From a virus (Duplodnaviria; Caudoviricetes), in the IMG/VR virus record IMGVR_UViG_3300037400_003286: 64,000 nt of DNA; one strand, 5' to 3'. The translations under genes were made by a program, and so were the position numbers. The notes under the pieces were generated by a model that was not told the DNA's origin, searched no databases, and saw only the letters and a program-made list of their open reading frames with translations. Of this stretch, positions 38,604 to 47,474 are shown one piece after another; the first letter of the stretch is position 1; each line of letters opens with the position of its first letter.

Positions 38604-39980
38604 ATGTCGCACAGAAAATATACATACGAAAAAGTTAAAGAAATAGCCGACAAATATAATACACTCGTAGAATTTACAAAAAATCATGTCGGAGCATATG
38701 AAGCAGCTCTTCATAATGGATGGTTAGATTCTTTTAAGAATTTGAAAAGAACAAGAGTACATACAGTTGAATCCGTATTACAAGAATGTAGAAAGTTTGA
38801 TAATTATAAAGACTTTATTAATTCTGATGCAACAATATATGGAAAATTTCTTCGAATGTATAACAGTGGTAAAATTAAAGACGAAGAGTTACCCTGGAAA
38901 ATAGAAAAAAGAAAGAAAGAGTGGACATATGATGATTGTTATAAAGAAGCCAAGAAATATGATTCAAGATGGCATTTTAAATTAGGAAATGAAAGTGCAT
39001 ATAATCGAGCAAATATAAAAAACTGGTTGGATGATTATACATGGTTTAAGAAAAGAGAATCTAAATATACATATGAAATCTGCAAGAAATTAGCATCAAA
39101 ATATAATTCAAGAAAAGATTTTCAAATATATGATAGTGGAGCATATTCACAAGCTGCACGTAATGGTTGGTTGAATGAATTTGAGTTTAAGGAGAAAAAA
39201 TTAAAATGGACAAAAGAAATGATACTCACGGAATGCGAGAAATATAAAACAAAAACAAATTTATTCAATAACAATGAACATGCATATCATGCTTATCTAA
39301 GATTCAAGCATAAAGGATTAATTTCTGATGATGAAATAAATTGGGATGTACGAATAAGAGAACAAGGTGATGAAAATACTCGTATTCATTCTGTATATGC
39401 TTATGTTTTTGAAGATAATTCTGTTTATGTTGGTAGGACAATGGATCCACATAAAAGAGATAAACAACATCGTAGACCTCATCATGCTCATGGTAGAGAT
39501 AACATAGGTACAGTATTACAGCATTCAATAGATTCTGGAATAGAAATTCCGAAAATGACAATGCTTGAGACTGATTTAAATCTTCAGGAAAGTTGTCGCC
39601 AGGAAGATTACTGGGTGAATGAATATAGAAAAAAAGGATATAACATTCTTAATAAAGGAGTAACTGGTGAGTTTGTTGGATCTATTGGCGGATTTAAACA
39701 GAAGTGGACAAAAGAGATGGTTATTGAATATGCTAAGAAGTTTGATACCACTGCTGATTTATATAGAAGCTGTTCATCTATGAAGTATTTATTAAAACAT
39801 TTTAATTTGCTTGATAAACTGTTTCCAAATAGAAAGTTTGCTCATAAAATAACATTAGAAGAAGCTAAAGAAGTAGCTTCACAATATAAGACACGAACAA
39901 GATTTCATAAAGGATCCAGAAAGTATTACTATGCTGCATATAAGAACGGTTGGTTAGATATTCTGTTTCCAAAGTCATAA
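38604..39980 (+). CDS. Free-standing GIY-YIG homing endonuclease with about 7 tandem ~45-aa repeats
   Basis: SVYAYVFEDNSVYVGRT...R...EDYWV...ILNK; repeats of K(W/Y)TxE...AxKY...AY..A..NGWL. Confidence 0.8.
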   Translation: MSHRKYTYEKVKEIADKYNTLVEFTKNHVGAYEAALHNGWLDSFKNLKRTRVHTVESVLQECRKFDNYKDFINSDATIYGKFLRMYNSGKIKDEELPWKIEKRKKEWTYDDCYKEAKKYDSRWHFKLGNESAYNRANIKNWLDDYTWFKKRESKYTYEICKKLASKYNSRKDFQIYDSGAYSQAARNGWLNEFEFKEKKLKWTKEMILTECEKYKTKTNLFNNNEHAYHAYLRFKHKGLISDDEINWDVRIREQGDENTRIHSVYAYVFEDNSVYVGRTMDPHKRDKQHRRPHHAHGRDNIGTVLQHSIDSGIEIPKMTMLETDLNLQESCRQEDYWVNEYRKKGYNILNKGVTGEFVGSIGGFKQKWTKEMVIEYAKKFDTTADLYRSCSSMKYLLKHFNLLDKLFPNRKFAHKITLEEAKEVASQYKTRTRFHKGSRKYYYAAYKNGWLDILFPKS

Positions 39981-39983
39981 TAA

Positions 39984-40015
39984 AAATAAGGGTTGAGAAT
40001 TCTCAACCCTTTATT
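39984..40015. terminator. Bidirectional terminator
   Basis: aagggttgagaattctcaaccctt palindrome between convergent genes. Confidence 0.8.
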
Positions 40016-40034
40016 ATGTTATCAAATATAAACT

Positions 40035-40481
40035 TTAACTCAAAACAACAGTCAACGTACCAGCATCATAAGTATTAACACTCTTATATGATTTATATGT
40101 CTGACCATCAATTGTAACAGTCGTAGGAGCGTTCAATGGCATATCGAATCCGCTTACTGTAGCCTTATTAATACTCATACTATTCGGAACATTGAAGAAC
40201 ACGTATTTACCGTTTGCAGGAACGTTCACATTATAAGTACCAGCAGGACTTGTTCTTGGACTTGCTTTTGCTGTAGCATCTGTATAAGCATCACCACCAC
40301 CATAATAGATAGGATATACAACATATAGTGTTGCATTCTTTGTAACGTGTGATGTCTTGATTAGAGCATCTGCAACGATTGTCTGATTTCCAGTCTCATT
40401 TACGGTAGTATTACCAGCAACACTTGTTGTTGTACTCTGTGCAATCTGGCTTCCGTTTCTTGATAATGTAAAATTGGACTT
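40035..40481 (-). pseudogene. 5'-truncated beta-rich virion appendage gene (YPIYYG...YKSxNxY family)
   Basis: Homologous to the C-termini of 48978..49853 and 53403..54374; has no proper start and abuts a divergent fragment. Confidence 0.7.
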
Positions 40482-41210
40482 GCCGCCGCTATCGGGACGT
40501 TGGCTCAAGATGCTAATATACCATCTTCCGCTACAGATGCATTGAACATTCTAATTGATGATTCTGTATTACTTAAATTGACGACTTCTATGGCAAATAT
40601 CCTTATCGGAGAATCGTCAAATATTTCAGTTACGGCTACAAGTAAGAACAGTGCTTCAAGCATCATAATAAAGAATGGAAGCGGAGAAACAATAGCATCT
40701 GGTTCTGGAAATAGTCTTGTTGGCTCAACTACAGTAACACCAGGTTCTGAAGGGATTCTTGGATTTACAGCAACGGCTGTAGTTAATGGAAAAACGCTTA
40801 ATGCTAAGGTCTATGTCAACTGTGTTGGAAAGATTTACTACGGTGCTGGAAGTGTTTATACTGATGCATCTACATATGCTTCAGCTAAACCGAACCCAGG
40901 AGGAAAATACATTATAACAGTTGATACGGATGGAGAATACATATTCTTCGTTATTCCATCATCAATGACTATTGCCAAGGTCTCAATGGGCGGAATTGAA
41001 ATTCCAATGGAAACAAGTAGCACAACTATTGGTGGAATATCATATAGTGTGTACAAAAGTAAAAATCAATATATAGCTGGAACACATCAGGTTGTTGTCG
41101 AATCTTCGTTTGGAGGAGGTTCTGGTGGTGCTGGAATCAATATCAATACAAGCGACGATACAATGATTTTCGGTGATAAGCAATATAAGCTTATTCCAGT
41201 TGTAGAATAA
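40473..41210 (+). pseudogene. 5'-truncated paralogue of 51260..52090
   Basis: The frame opens after TAA at 40464 with IGLAAAIGTLA, matching IGLANAIETLV in the middle of the 51260 protein; no promoter. Confidence 0.7.
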
Positions 41211-41238
41211 TAAAATTGATGTTTGTTAAATAAAAAAG

Positions 41239-41266
41239 AAAAGCTACTCTGTTGAGTAGCTTTTTT
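41239..41266. terminator. Bidirectional terminator
   Basis: aaaagctactc-tgtt-gagtagctttttt. Confidence 0.85.
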
Positions 41267-41273
41267 AATTTTG

Positions 41274-42170
41274 TTAAGCCTTTACTATTGTTATATTGCT
41301 TGCACTCGTCCAACTTAATCTCTTAGCCTCAGGACTAGTAATAGCAACTCCTTGGAAAGTTACATTCGTACCCATATTAGCTCCAATAGCAATACCAGAG
41401 CACGTAGCTCTACCAGCAGCAATCTGAGCAGCAACAAAATCTTCTACAGTTCCTTCTATGTTACAACCTTGAAGTCTTAAAGTAGTAAGATTCACTAATG
41501 ATCCAAACTCTGTAATGTTACCTACAAAACTTGATACTTTATTATCATTTAAGATAAGGGTTTTCAAAGAAGTTAAATTAGAAAATAGTGCTGGAGTAAA
41601 ATTATTAATAGGTGCTCCAATTTTAGTAGAATTTAAATTAAAAGACGTTAAAGATGTAAAGTTTTGAAGAAAAGAGAAATCTCCATACAGACGATTATTG
41701 TATCCAGAATTTCCAAAATTAATAATATTTAATAATACTGCATTTGATATAGAAGAAACATCAAAAATATCTGTAGCTTCAATACTAATTGCTATTATTT
41801 TAGAATATTGTAATAGTTCTGGCAAATCATTACTAGTGTTAACAGTTGGCATAGACTCTTTTAAATCGTAGTAATTTGAAATATCTACTTTAAACTGTTC
41901 AGAAGCAGTTTGAGTAAAAAATCCAGTATATTGATTAGTTCCATAATGAATAATAGCATGAGTAGAATCTATTAAAGTTGCATCACCTTGAACACGATCT
42001 ATTTTACCACTAAGCAAAGTTAACTCAATATCTCTATCAGCATTGCTGTTCAGAAATCGACAATAATTATTAGATGCTGATTGTAAATCCAATACAACAT
42101 GACCTAGTTTCTTAAGATTAGGGTTAGAAACAGAACCCTTTATTTTTGTAACTAAACAATTTGTACTCAT
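41274..42170 (-). CDS. Leucine-rich-repeat protein (probable appendage tip/adhesin)
   Basis: LTSFNLNSTKI, LTSLKTLILNDNKV, LVNLTTLRLQGCNIEG. Confidence 0.75.
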   Translation of the reverse strand: MSTNCLVTKIKGSVSNPNLKKLGHVVLDLQSASNNYCRFLNSNADRDIELTLLSGKIDRVQGDATLIDSTHAIIHYGTNQYTGFFTQTASEQFKVDISNYYDLKESMPTVNTSNDLPELLQYSKIIAISIEATDIFDVSSISNAVLLNIINFGNSGYNNRLYGDFSFLQNFTSLTSFNLNSTKIGAPINNFTPALFSNLTSLKTLILNDNKVSSFVGNITEFGSLVNLTTLRLQGCNIEGTVEDFVAAQIAAGRATCSGIAIGANMGTNVTFQGVAITSPEAKRLSWTSASNITIVKA

Positions 42171-42189
42171 AATTTTAAAATTTTAAAAT

Positions 42190-44163
42190 TTAATTATTAT
42201 TTACGAATGTATTAATTGAATTTAAGTTTTTTTCTATAAATTCTGCTACCCTCCAAAGATTATCCCTGTATCCAAACATAATAGGGGATGCAGAATAAGT
42301 CTTTATAATAGGATTTTGCCCACTACAAGCCTTTATACAAATAAATCTAACTTCATAACTTCCAGCGGCAATAGTACAATTATCCTCTACAGAATATGAC
42401 ACACTTGGATCGTATGTTGTTTGTGGGCTTGTCTTATAAGTAAACTTATCAATCTTCCAATACTCTTCATTGACTCCTGCATTTCTATTACACGGAGACT
42501 CATTCCATTTAGTATATTCTTTGCTATAATTAATAGAACCTATTCTTTGTACCCATTCTTTAAACAACTTAATAATGTACTCTTTATTAAAAATTCCACA
42601 GTCTACAAGATATTTCCACCTATCTCTAAGTTCTGTATCATAATTAGTATGCAAAAAAGGAAGCATCCAAGACCATTGCCCGCTCCATCCAGCTATTTCA
42701 GTAGGAGCAGAATTTGTAAACATACCTGTAAAATCGTTTCCAAAAGAGCAATCTTTATCATAGTTGTTTACAAACCATTTAACACCATCCCAAGTAGTCC
42801 ATTGCCAATTCTTGCTAAAACCATCATTATCGGCAACAGCCATTTGAACAAGATTATAGTCAACAAGGTTGTCTATATCAAAATATTGTTCAAACAACTC
42901 TTTCTTGTCTTGTGTTGTAGGTGCTGAATTGACTCTTGTTCCATAAGCACTCAGTTCAAGAATATATGTCTTGACTTTATTATCGAATGTAACATCAATC
43001 CAAAAATCTGTAGCTTTATCAAGTGCCTTTGTGTGGTTAGTAGATTTTGCATCATCTGGATTATTGCCTACATTGTCATTAACTCTTGACAGATATACTC
43101 TATTATTTGAACCGACTATCACTCCTTTAGCATAAGGCGTAGTGTTATCCCAAGTTGGAATAACTTCATTTAAAGTTCTAATACCAGCTAGTTCCTGACT
43201 CTTGTTAATATCAGCATCATATCCTTCACCTTCCATTGTTATTAAATCCTCTGGATTTCTGACTTCAAATCCGCTATCAGAAACAGGATTCCAATTTATA
43301 TTCGCAGCATTTCCTTTTGCATTGAAAATAGAAGAATTGTCAAGTCTGCCGTCAAGATGTATATGCTCGGCTTTATCCTCCATATTAAAGTTTGCAGCAT
43401 CTTTCTTTATAAGCCATACATAGATGCCATAGAACTCACCATTAAGATAAACAATACATGGAAAACCGTCAGGCTGACAAAGAGCACCATTGTCAATCTG
43501 AAGATTCATATCATTTATTTGAGGATTTTCAAATTGATTATCGGTAAAAGTATAATCTTTAAATAATCCTTGTTTCCAAGTTCTATCCTTAAATATACCT
43601 CTTGTGTTTGCAACTTCAAGAGCAATTTGATAAGCAATATAACTAACCCCTTTAAAGAAATCAGTATAATAAGCTTTAATGTGATAAGTAGATTGAGATA
43701 CCCAGTCACCAAACTTTACACCAAACTTATCTCCCTTACCTTTTTTACCCTTACTATTATAAACACTACCATCAAACATCTTGATAGAGCCATTCTTTTT
43801 AATGAAAGCCATAGAAGAGTTGCCTTGTGCATTAAAGATGATATTCTTTTTAAAGTAATTACCTTGCATATCATTAAATTCCATAATTGCTTCTAAATCA
43901 TCAGATTTAGATATGGGCCAAGACAAATCGCCAGAAGCATTAGTAAGGTTTATATAAGCAAGTCTTGGGACAGAAAGATGAAGAGGATTTTTACCTTTAT
44001 TTGAAATATAATCGCTCCAATCTACATGACAACCAGGCTGAAATCCAGAATCCTTCAATGCCTGCTGAAATTCAGTCATAGCTTCTCCAGACAAATTTAA
44101 GCTTGTACTTACATCTATCTTGTTGACACACAATGAACCATTTTTATATTCCATTTCAGCCAT
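42190..44163 (-). CDS. CotH-family kinase-like protein with carbohydrate-binding-like inserts
   Basis: AQGNSSMAFIKKN, GFPCIVYLNGEFYGIY, DNDGFSKNW, NYDKDCSFGN; WDNTTPYAKGVIV insert. Confidence 0.8.
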   Translation of the reverse strand: MAEMEYKNGSLCVNKIDVSTSLNLSGEAMTEFQQALKDSGFQPGCHVDWSDYISNKGKNPLHLSVPRLAYINLTNASGDLSWPISKSDDLEAIMEFNDMQGNYFKKNIIFNAQGNSSMAFIKKNGSIKMFDGSVYNSKGKKGKGDKFGVKFGDWVSQSTYHIKAYYTDFFKGVSYIAYQIALEVANTRGIFKDRTWKQGLFKDYTFTDNQFENPQINDMNLQIDNGALCQPDGFPCIVYLNGEFYGIYVWLIKKDAANFNMEDKAEHIHLDGRLDNSSIFNAKGNAANINWNPVSDSGFEVRNPEDLITMEGEGYDADINKSQELAGIRTLNEVIPTWDNTTPYAKGVIVGSNNRVYLSRVNDNVGNNPDDAKSTNHTKALDKATDFWIDVTFDNKVKTYILELSAYGTRVNSAPTTQDKKELFEQYFDIDNLVDYNLVQMAVADNDGFSKNWQWTTWDGVKWFVNNYDKDCSFGNDFTGMFTNSAPTEIAGWSGQWSWMLPFLHTNYDTELRDRWKYLVDCGIFNKEYIIKLFKEWVQRIGSINYSKEYTKWNESPCNRNAGVNEEYWKIDKFTYKTSPQTTYDPSVSYSVEDNCTIAAGSYEVRFICIKACSGQNPIIKTYSASPIMFGYRDNLWRVAEFIEKNLNSINTFVNNN

Positions 44164-44168
44164 ATTGA

Positions 44169-44420
44169 TTACAAATTATATTTTTCGATAATCTTATTGA
44201 CTATTTTTGTTACAGCAACACCATCAATAAAGTAACCTGTTAAATCAATATCTGTTGTTGTATCATCCTGATATCTTCCCCAAAGAATCTTATCTTCAGC
44301 ATCCAATATAACAGACTTAAACTCAGGATTTTCTGTTTCAACTTGAGTATCAATGAATAAATCAACGTCAAAGTTTCCAGCCTGGAATACCAAGTTTGTA
44401 TTTCTTAATATTATTTTCAT
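44169..44420 (-). CDS. Small protein sharing the ENPEF...LD...K(I/V)L(W/Y)G repeat with the upstream fibre
   Basis: ENPEFKSVILDAEDKILWG versus DNPEFVEVHLDGSEKVLYG. Confidence 0.65.
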   Translation of the reverse strand: MKIILRNTNLVFQAGNFDVDLFIDTQVETENPEFKSVILDAEDKILWGRYQDDTTTDIDLTGYFIDGVAVTKIVNKIIEKYNL

Positions 44421-44433
44421 ATTGCAATTTAAA

Positions 44434-45879
44434 TTATGTTTCTTCTATATAAGGAATCATCTTATATTTCTTACCAGATAAGATAAGTATATCATTTGAT
44501 GAATCGAATTGTAACAAAGGATTACCGTTTAAATCGTAAAGTTCATTAACAAATATACCTTTCTTGTCATCTACTACACCTATCTTAGCGTATGTTTCTG
44601 TATCATTTTCATTCTTGAATTCGATTAGTTCAGAATCTTCATTTGTTTTTTCAGCAAATATCTTAGATACCTCTATGTTATCATCTGTAGCCAGGATTAT
44701 AGATTCCTCATCTTCAGTGTTGAATACATTATTGATATTTGATGTCTTATACTTTAACTCAGATATGGAACTATCAACATTTTGTTTTATATCTAATAAT
44801 GATTCATCAACGTATTTCTTGCTTGTATACTTAGTCCAATCGTTAGTATCTAAACTGAAAGAATCTATCTTACATTGATATAAAACAACAGAATCATCGG
44901 AATTAAACGTGAGTATTAATCCTCCGTTTCTGTATTCTTCTGGAACAGCAGCGATTGCTTCCTCCAAAGTGTAATTAATTCCTATGCTTCCATCGTGCGC
45001 ATTTACGTTGTAGAAACGTGTCTCAATTTCAAGGATACTTGCATCTATTTTCTCACCCTTTTCATTAACATAATTCATGATCTGAGAAGGTACACCAGCA
45101 CCGAAATAGAAATCACCATCATTCTTTACACCATAAAGAACCTTACTTGAAGAATCAAGATGAACCTCAGCATACTCTGGATTCTCTTCATAGTAACCAA
45201 GATTATGAATACTTGCATCCAATGCTGCGATACTTGCATCAACTCTGTCAAAACCAGTACTTACACTAGCGTCAAGTCTTGCAATGTCAGCCTTTGTACT
45301 TGCATCCAGAACAGCAATCTCATTTTCAATCTTCTCAATGTTTACATTAATACTGGAATCTATCTCTTCCTTCAGATCTTCAATCTTACCGTCAATCTCA
45401 GCACTCTTCCCATCAACATAACTCTTTACCTGAGAAGGTACACCAGCACCGAAGTAGAAATCACCGTCAGCTCTTACACCGTACAGAACTTTTTCAGATC
45501 CATCAAGGTGAACCTCAACGAACTCTGGATTATCCTGTACAATGTTGTTTGGAACAATACTCCACTTGCTGGTGTCGTTATCCCAGTCCTTTGATTTCAA
45601 CTGGTAAATCTCGAAGTCACCTTCCTTTGAAATAAATGTAAGGATCAATCCACCAACATGATAAGATGCTGGAACTGCGGCAATGGCTTCATCCAAAGTG
45701 TACTTTGCATCAGCACTGCTGTCATGAGCAGAAACATTGTATAACTGCTTGTTCAACTGAGACTGATAACTATTTGAATCATAGTCGAAAATCTCCTGAG
45801 AAGCAGAGACAATGCTACCAGTAGCGGCTGAATGAAGCTCACCAGGTATAGTAACTAATTTACTTGTATCTCTTGCCAT
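44434..45879 (-). CDS. MARDT-family virion fibre/appendage protein, copy 1 (constant 323 aa plus variable C-terminus)
   Basis: N-terminus shared with 52427 and 54908; internal duplications; coiled coil with DAS repeats; contains the crossover site at 44899-44922. Confidence 0.75.
   Translation of the reverse strand: MARDTSKLVTIPGELHSAATGSIVSASQEIFDYDSNSYQSQLNKQLYNVSAHDSSADAKYTLDEAIAAVPASYHVGGLILTFISKEGDFEIYQLKSKDWDNDTSKWSIVPNNIVQDNPEFVEVHLDGSEKVLYGVRADGDFYFGAGVPSQVKSYVDGKSAEIDGKIEDLKEEIDSSINVNIEKIENEIAVLDASTKADIARLDASVSTGFDRVDASIAALDASIHNLGYYEENPEYAEVHLDSSSKVLYGVKNDGDFYFGAGVPSQIMNYVNEKGEKIDASILEIETRFYNVNAHDGSIGINYTLEEAIAAVPEEYRNGGLILTFNSDDSVVLYQCKIDSFSLDTNDWTKYTSKKYVDESLLDIKQNVDSSISELKYKTSNINNVFNTEDEESIILATDDNIEVSKIFAEKTNEDSELIEFKNENDTETYAKIGVVDDKKGIFVNELYDLNGNPLLQFDSSNDILILSGKKYKMIPYIEET
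44899..44922 (-). other. Putative invertase crossover site S1
   Basis: Minus strand GGATTAATAC-TCAC-GTTTAATTCC, an imperfect palindrome; inverted partner at 46151-46174. Confidence 0.7.
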
Positions 45880-46064
45880 GCTTTTTATTTTTTGTTGTTT
45901 TATTTATTTACTCTTTCACAACGTAGAAACAACCGTTTATCATCAAATACCAGGCTGATCTAATAGCTGTGTTTTAGTATTTATCTTGATAAAAGATCGA
46001 TCCTTTTTGTCGTTTATCTCTATTTATTTTCGTTAATTTTTGTGAAAATGAAAAATTTTAATGA

Positions 46065-46174
46065 ATTAATTCCTACGTAGGAATTATACCTATTTATATA
46101 TATTATTTCCGACGTTGGATTTAAACGTTTGGCCTAATTAATTCCTATTATGATTTATACCAACGTTTAATTCC
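46065..46174 (+). other. Putative invertase crossover site S2 (46151-46174) with upstream accessory half-site array
   Basis: TGATTTATAC-CAAC-GTTTAATTCC; TTCC-N5-6-(G/T)GAwTTAwAC units at 46070, 46107 and 46142. Confidence 0.7.
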
Positions 46175-46678
46175 GATGATTTAGTTCAACTATATCAATG
46201 TAAGATAGATTCTTTCAGTTATAATACAGATGATTGGACCCAATATACAAGTAAGAAATACGTTGATTTATATTTGGAAGAATTACAATCAACTGTAGAC
46301 AGCTCTATATCTAATATTGACAGTTCAATTTCAACACTAAGATACAAGACATCTGATATTGATAAGGCATTCAACACTGAAGATGATGAATCAATTATAC
46401 TTGCTACGGATGATAATTTTGAAGTAACTAAAATTTATGCTGAAAAGACAATTGATGAATCAGAAGTATTAGAATTTGCTAACGAATCAAGTGATGAAAT
46501 ATATGCTAAGATAGGCGTAGTTGATGATAAGAATGGTGTAAATACAATAACATGGAAAAATTTTCCATATGCTAAAATAGTACTTAATAATGGTTATGTT
46601 GAAATATATGAAGCTAGTTCTTATCCAAATTATGTATTAACCGCAAAATTTGATACAAATGGTAATCCAGTTGAATAA
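46163..46678 (+). CDS. Silent start-less alternative C-terminal cassette for 44434..45879
   Basis: Open frame TFNSDDLVQLYQCKIDSFS... homologous to residues 324 onward of the MARDT-1 protein, diverging after VVDDK; in-frame TGA at 46151 just upstream. Confidence 0.8.
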   Translation, partial: TFNSDDLVQLYQCKIDSFSYNTDDWTQYTSKKYVDLYLEELQSTVDSSISNIDSSISTLRYKTSDIDKAFNTEDDESIILATDDNFEVTKIYAEKTIDESEVLEFANESSDEIYAKIGVVDDKNGVNTITWKNFPYAKIVLNNGYVEIYEASSYPNYVLTAKFDTNGNPVE

Positions 46679-46682
46679 ATTA

Positions 46683-46711
46683 AAAAAGGATCACTTTATG
46701 TGATCCTTTTT
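46683..46711. terminator. Bidirectional terminator
   Basis: aaaaggatcac-tttat-gtgatcctttt. Confidence 0.85.
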
Positions 46712-47445
46712 TAATTATACTTACTCCATTTCCTTGGCATACCGTCCATTCTGTATTCATCTACATCCTTATACACATCCCATAGATTTATATACTCATA
46801 GATAGTGCATACGTGTACTCCGAACTTCCTTGATAACTCAGCCTTAGACTTCCCTCTAGCTAATCCTATGATAAGTTCGTCGTGATACTTATCCATCTTT
46901 GTATGTTTACTCTTGCTTCCTTTAGGTCGTCCTAAAGTTTTTCCCTTTCTCCTTGCAGTAGCAAGTCTCTCCTTTGTACGCTCTATTATCAATTTTCTTT
47001 CTGTTTCGGCAGCATATCCGTAAATCTGTAATATTAGTTTAGCCATAGGATCATCTTTATCCAGGCTATAGTTTTCCTTGAGTGTATAGATCCCTATTTG
47101 TTTCTCTATACATATTCTCATAATCTCACTGATAATCTGCATGCTTCTTCCGAGTCTGCTTACCTCCGTGCATATGATTTTGTCGCCAGCATTAGCTTCG
47201 CTTATAATCCTCTGTAATTTTCTCTGCTTTATATCTTTAACGCCGCTGATTGTCTCATTCTCCCAGCTATCTACATGCAATCCTCTTGCATCACAATACT
47301 TGTTTATTTCGAATCGCTGGTTCTCTGTGTCCTGATGTGATGTGCTTACTCTGATATAAGCATAGATTTTTCCAACGTTTTTGTTCTTTACTTCATTCTT
47401 CTTTGATTTCCTAATCTTCTTTTTAATTTCTTTTTGTTCTTTCAT
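46711..47445 (-). CDS. Serine recombinase (resolvase/invertase family)
   Basis: YAYIRVST (catalytic Ser), ISG, EVSRLGRS, AETERKLIIERTKE, LGRP, C-terminal HTH. Confidence 0.93.
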   Translation of the reverse strand: MKEQKEIKKKIRKSKKNEVKNKNVGKIYAYIRVSTSHQDTENQRFEINKYCDARGLHVDSWENETISGVKDIKQRKLQRIISEANAGDKIICTEVSRLGRSMQIISEIMRICIEKQIGIYTLKENYSLDKDDPMAKLILQIYGYAAETERKLIIERTKERLATARRKGKTLGRPKGSKSKHTKMDKYHDELIIGLARGKSKAELSRKFGVHVCTIYEYINLWDVYKDVDEYRMDGMPRKWSKYN

Positions 47446-47474
47446 TTATTTTTATTTTTAATAGTTAAATATAT

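Noticed and set aside
45621-45655. Third crossover site in the first GGLILTFIS repeat of MARDT-1
   Set aside because: The DNA (GGATTGATCCTTACATTTATTTCA) has lost the palindrome and has no matching partner; possibly vestigial.
46065-46180. CRISPR mini-array (TTCC units about 30-37 bp apart)
   Set aside because: Units are short and degenerate, with no constant repeat or spacer length and no cas genes; better explained as recombinase sites.
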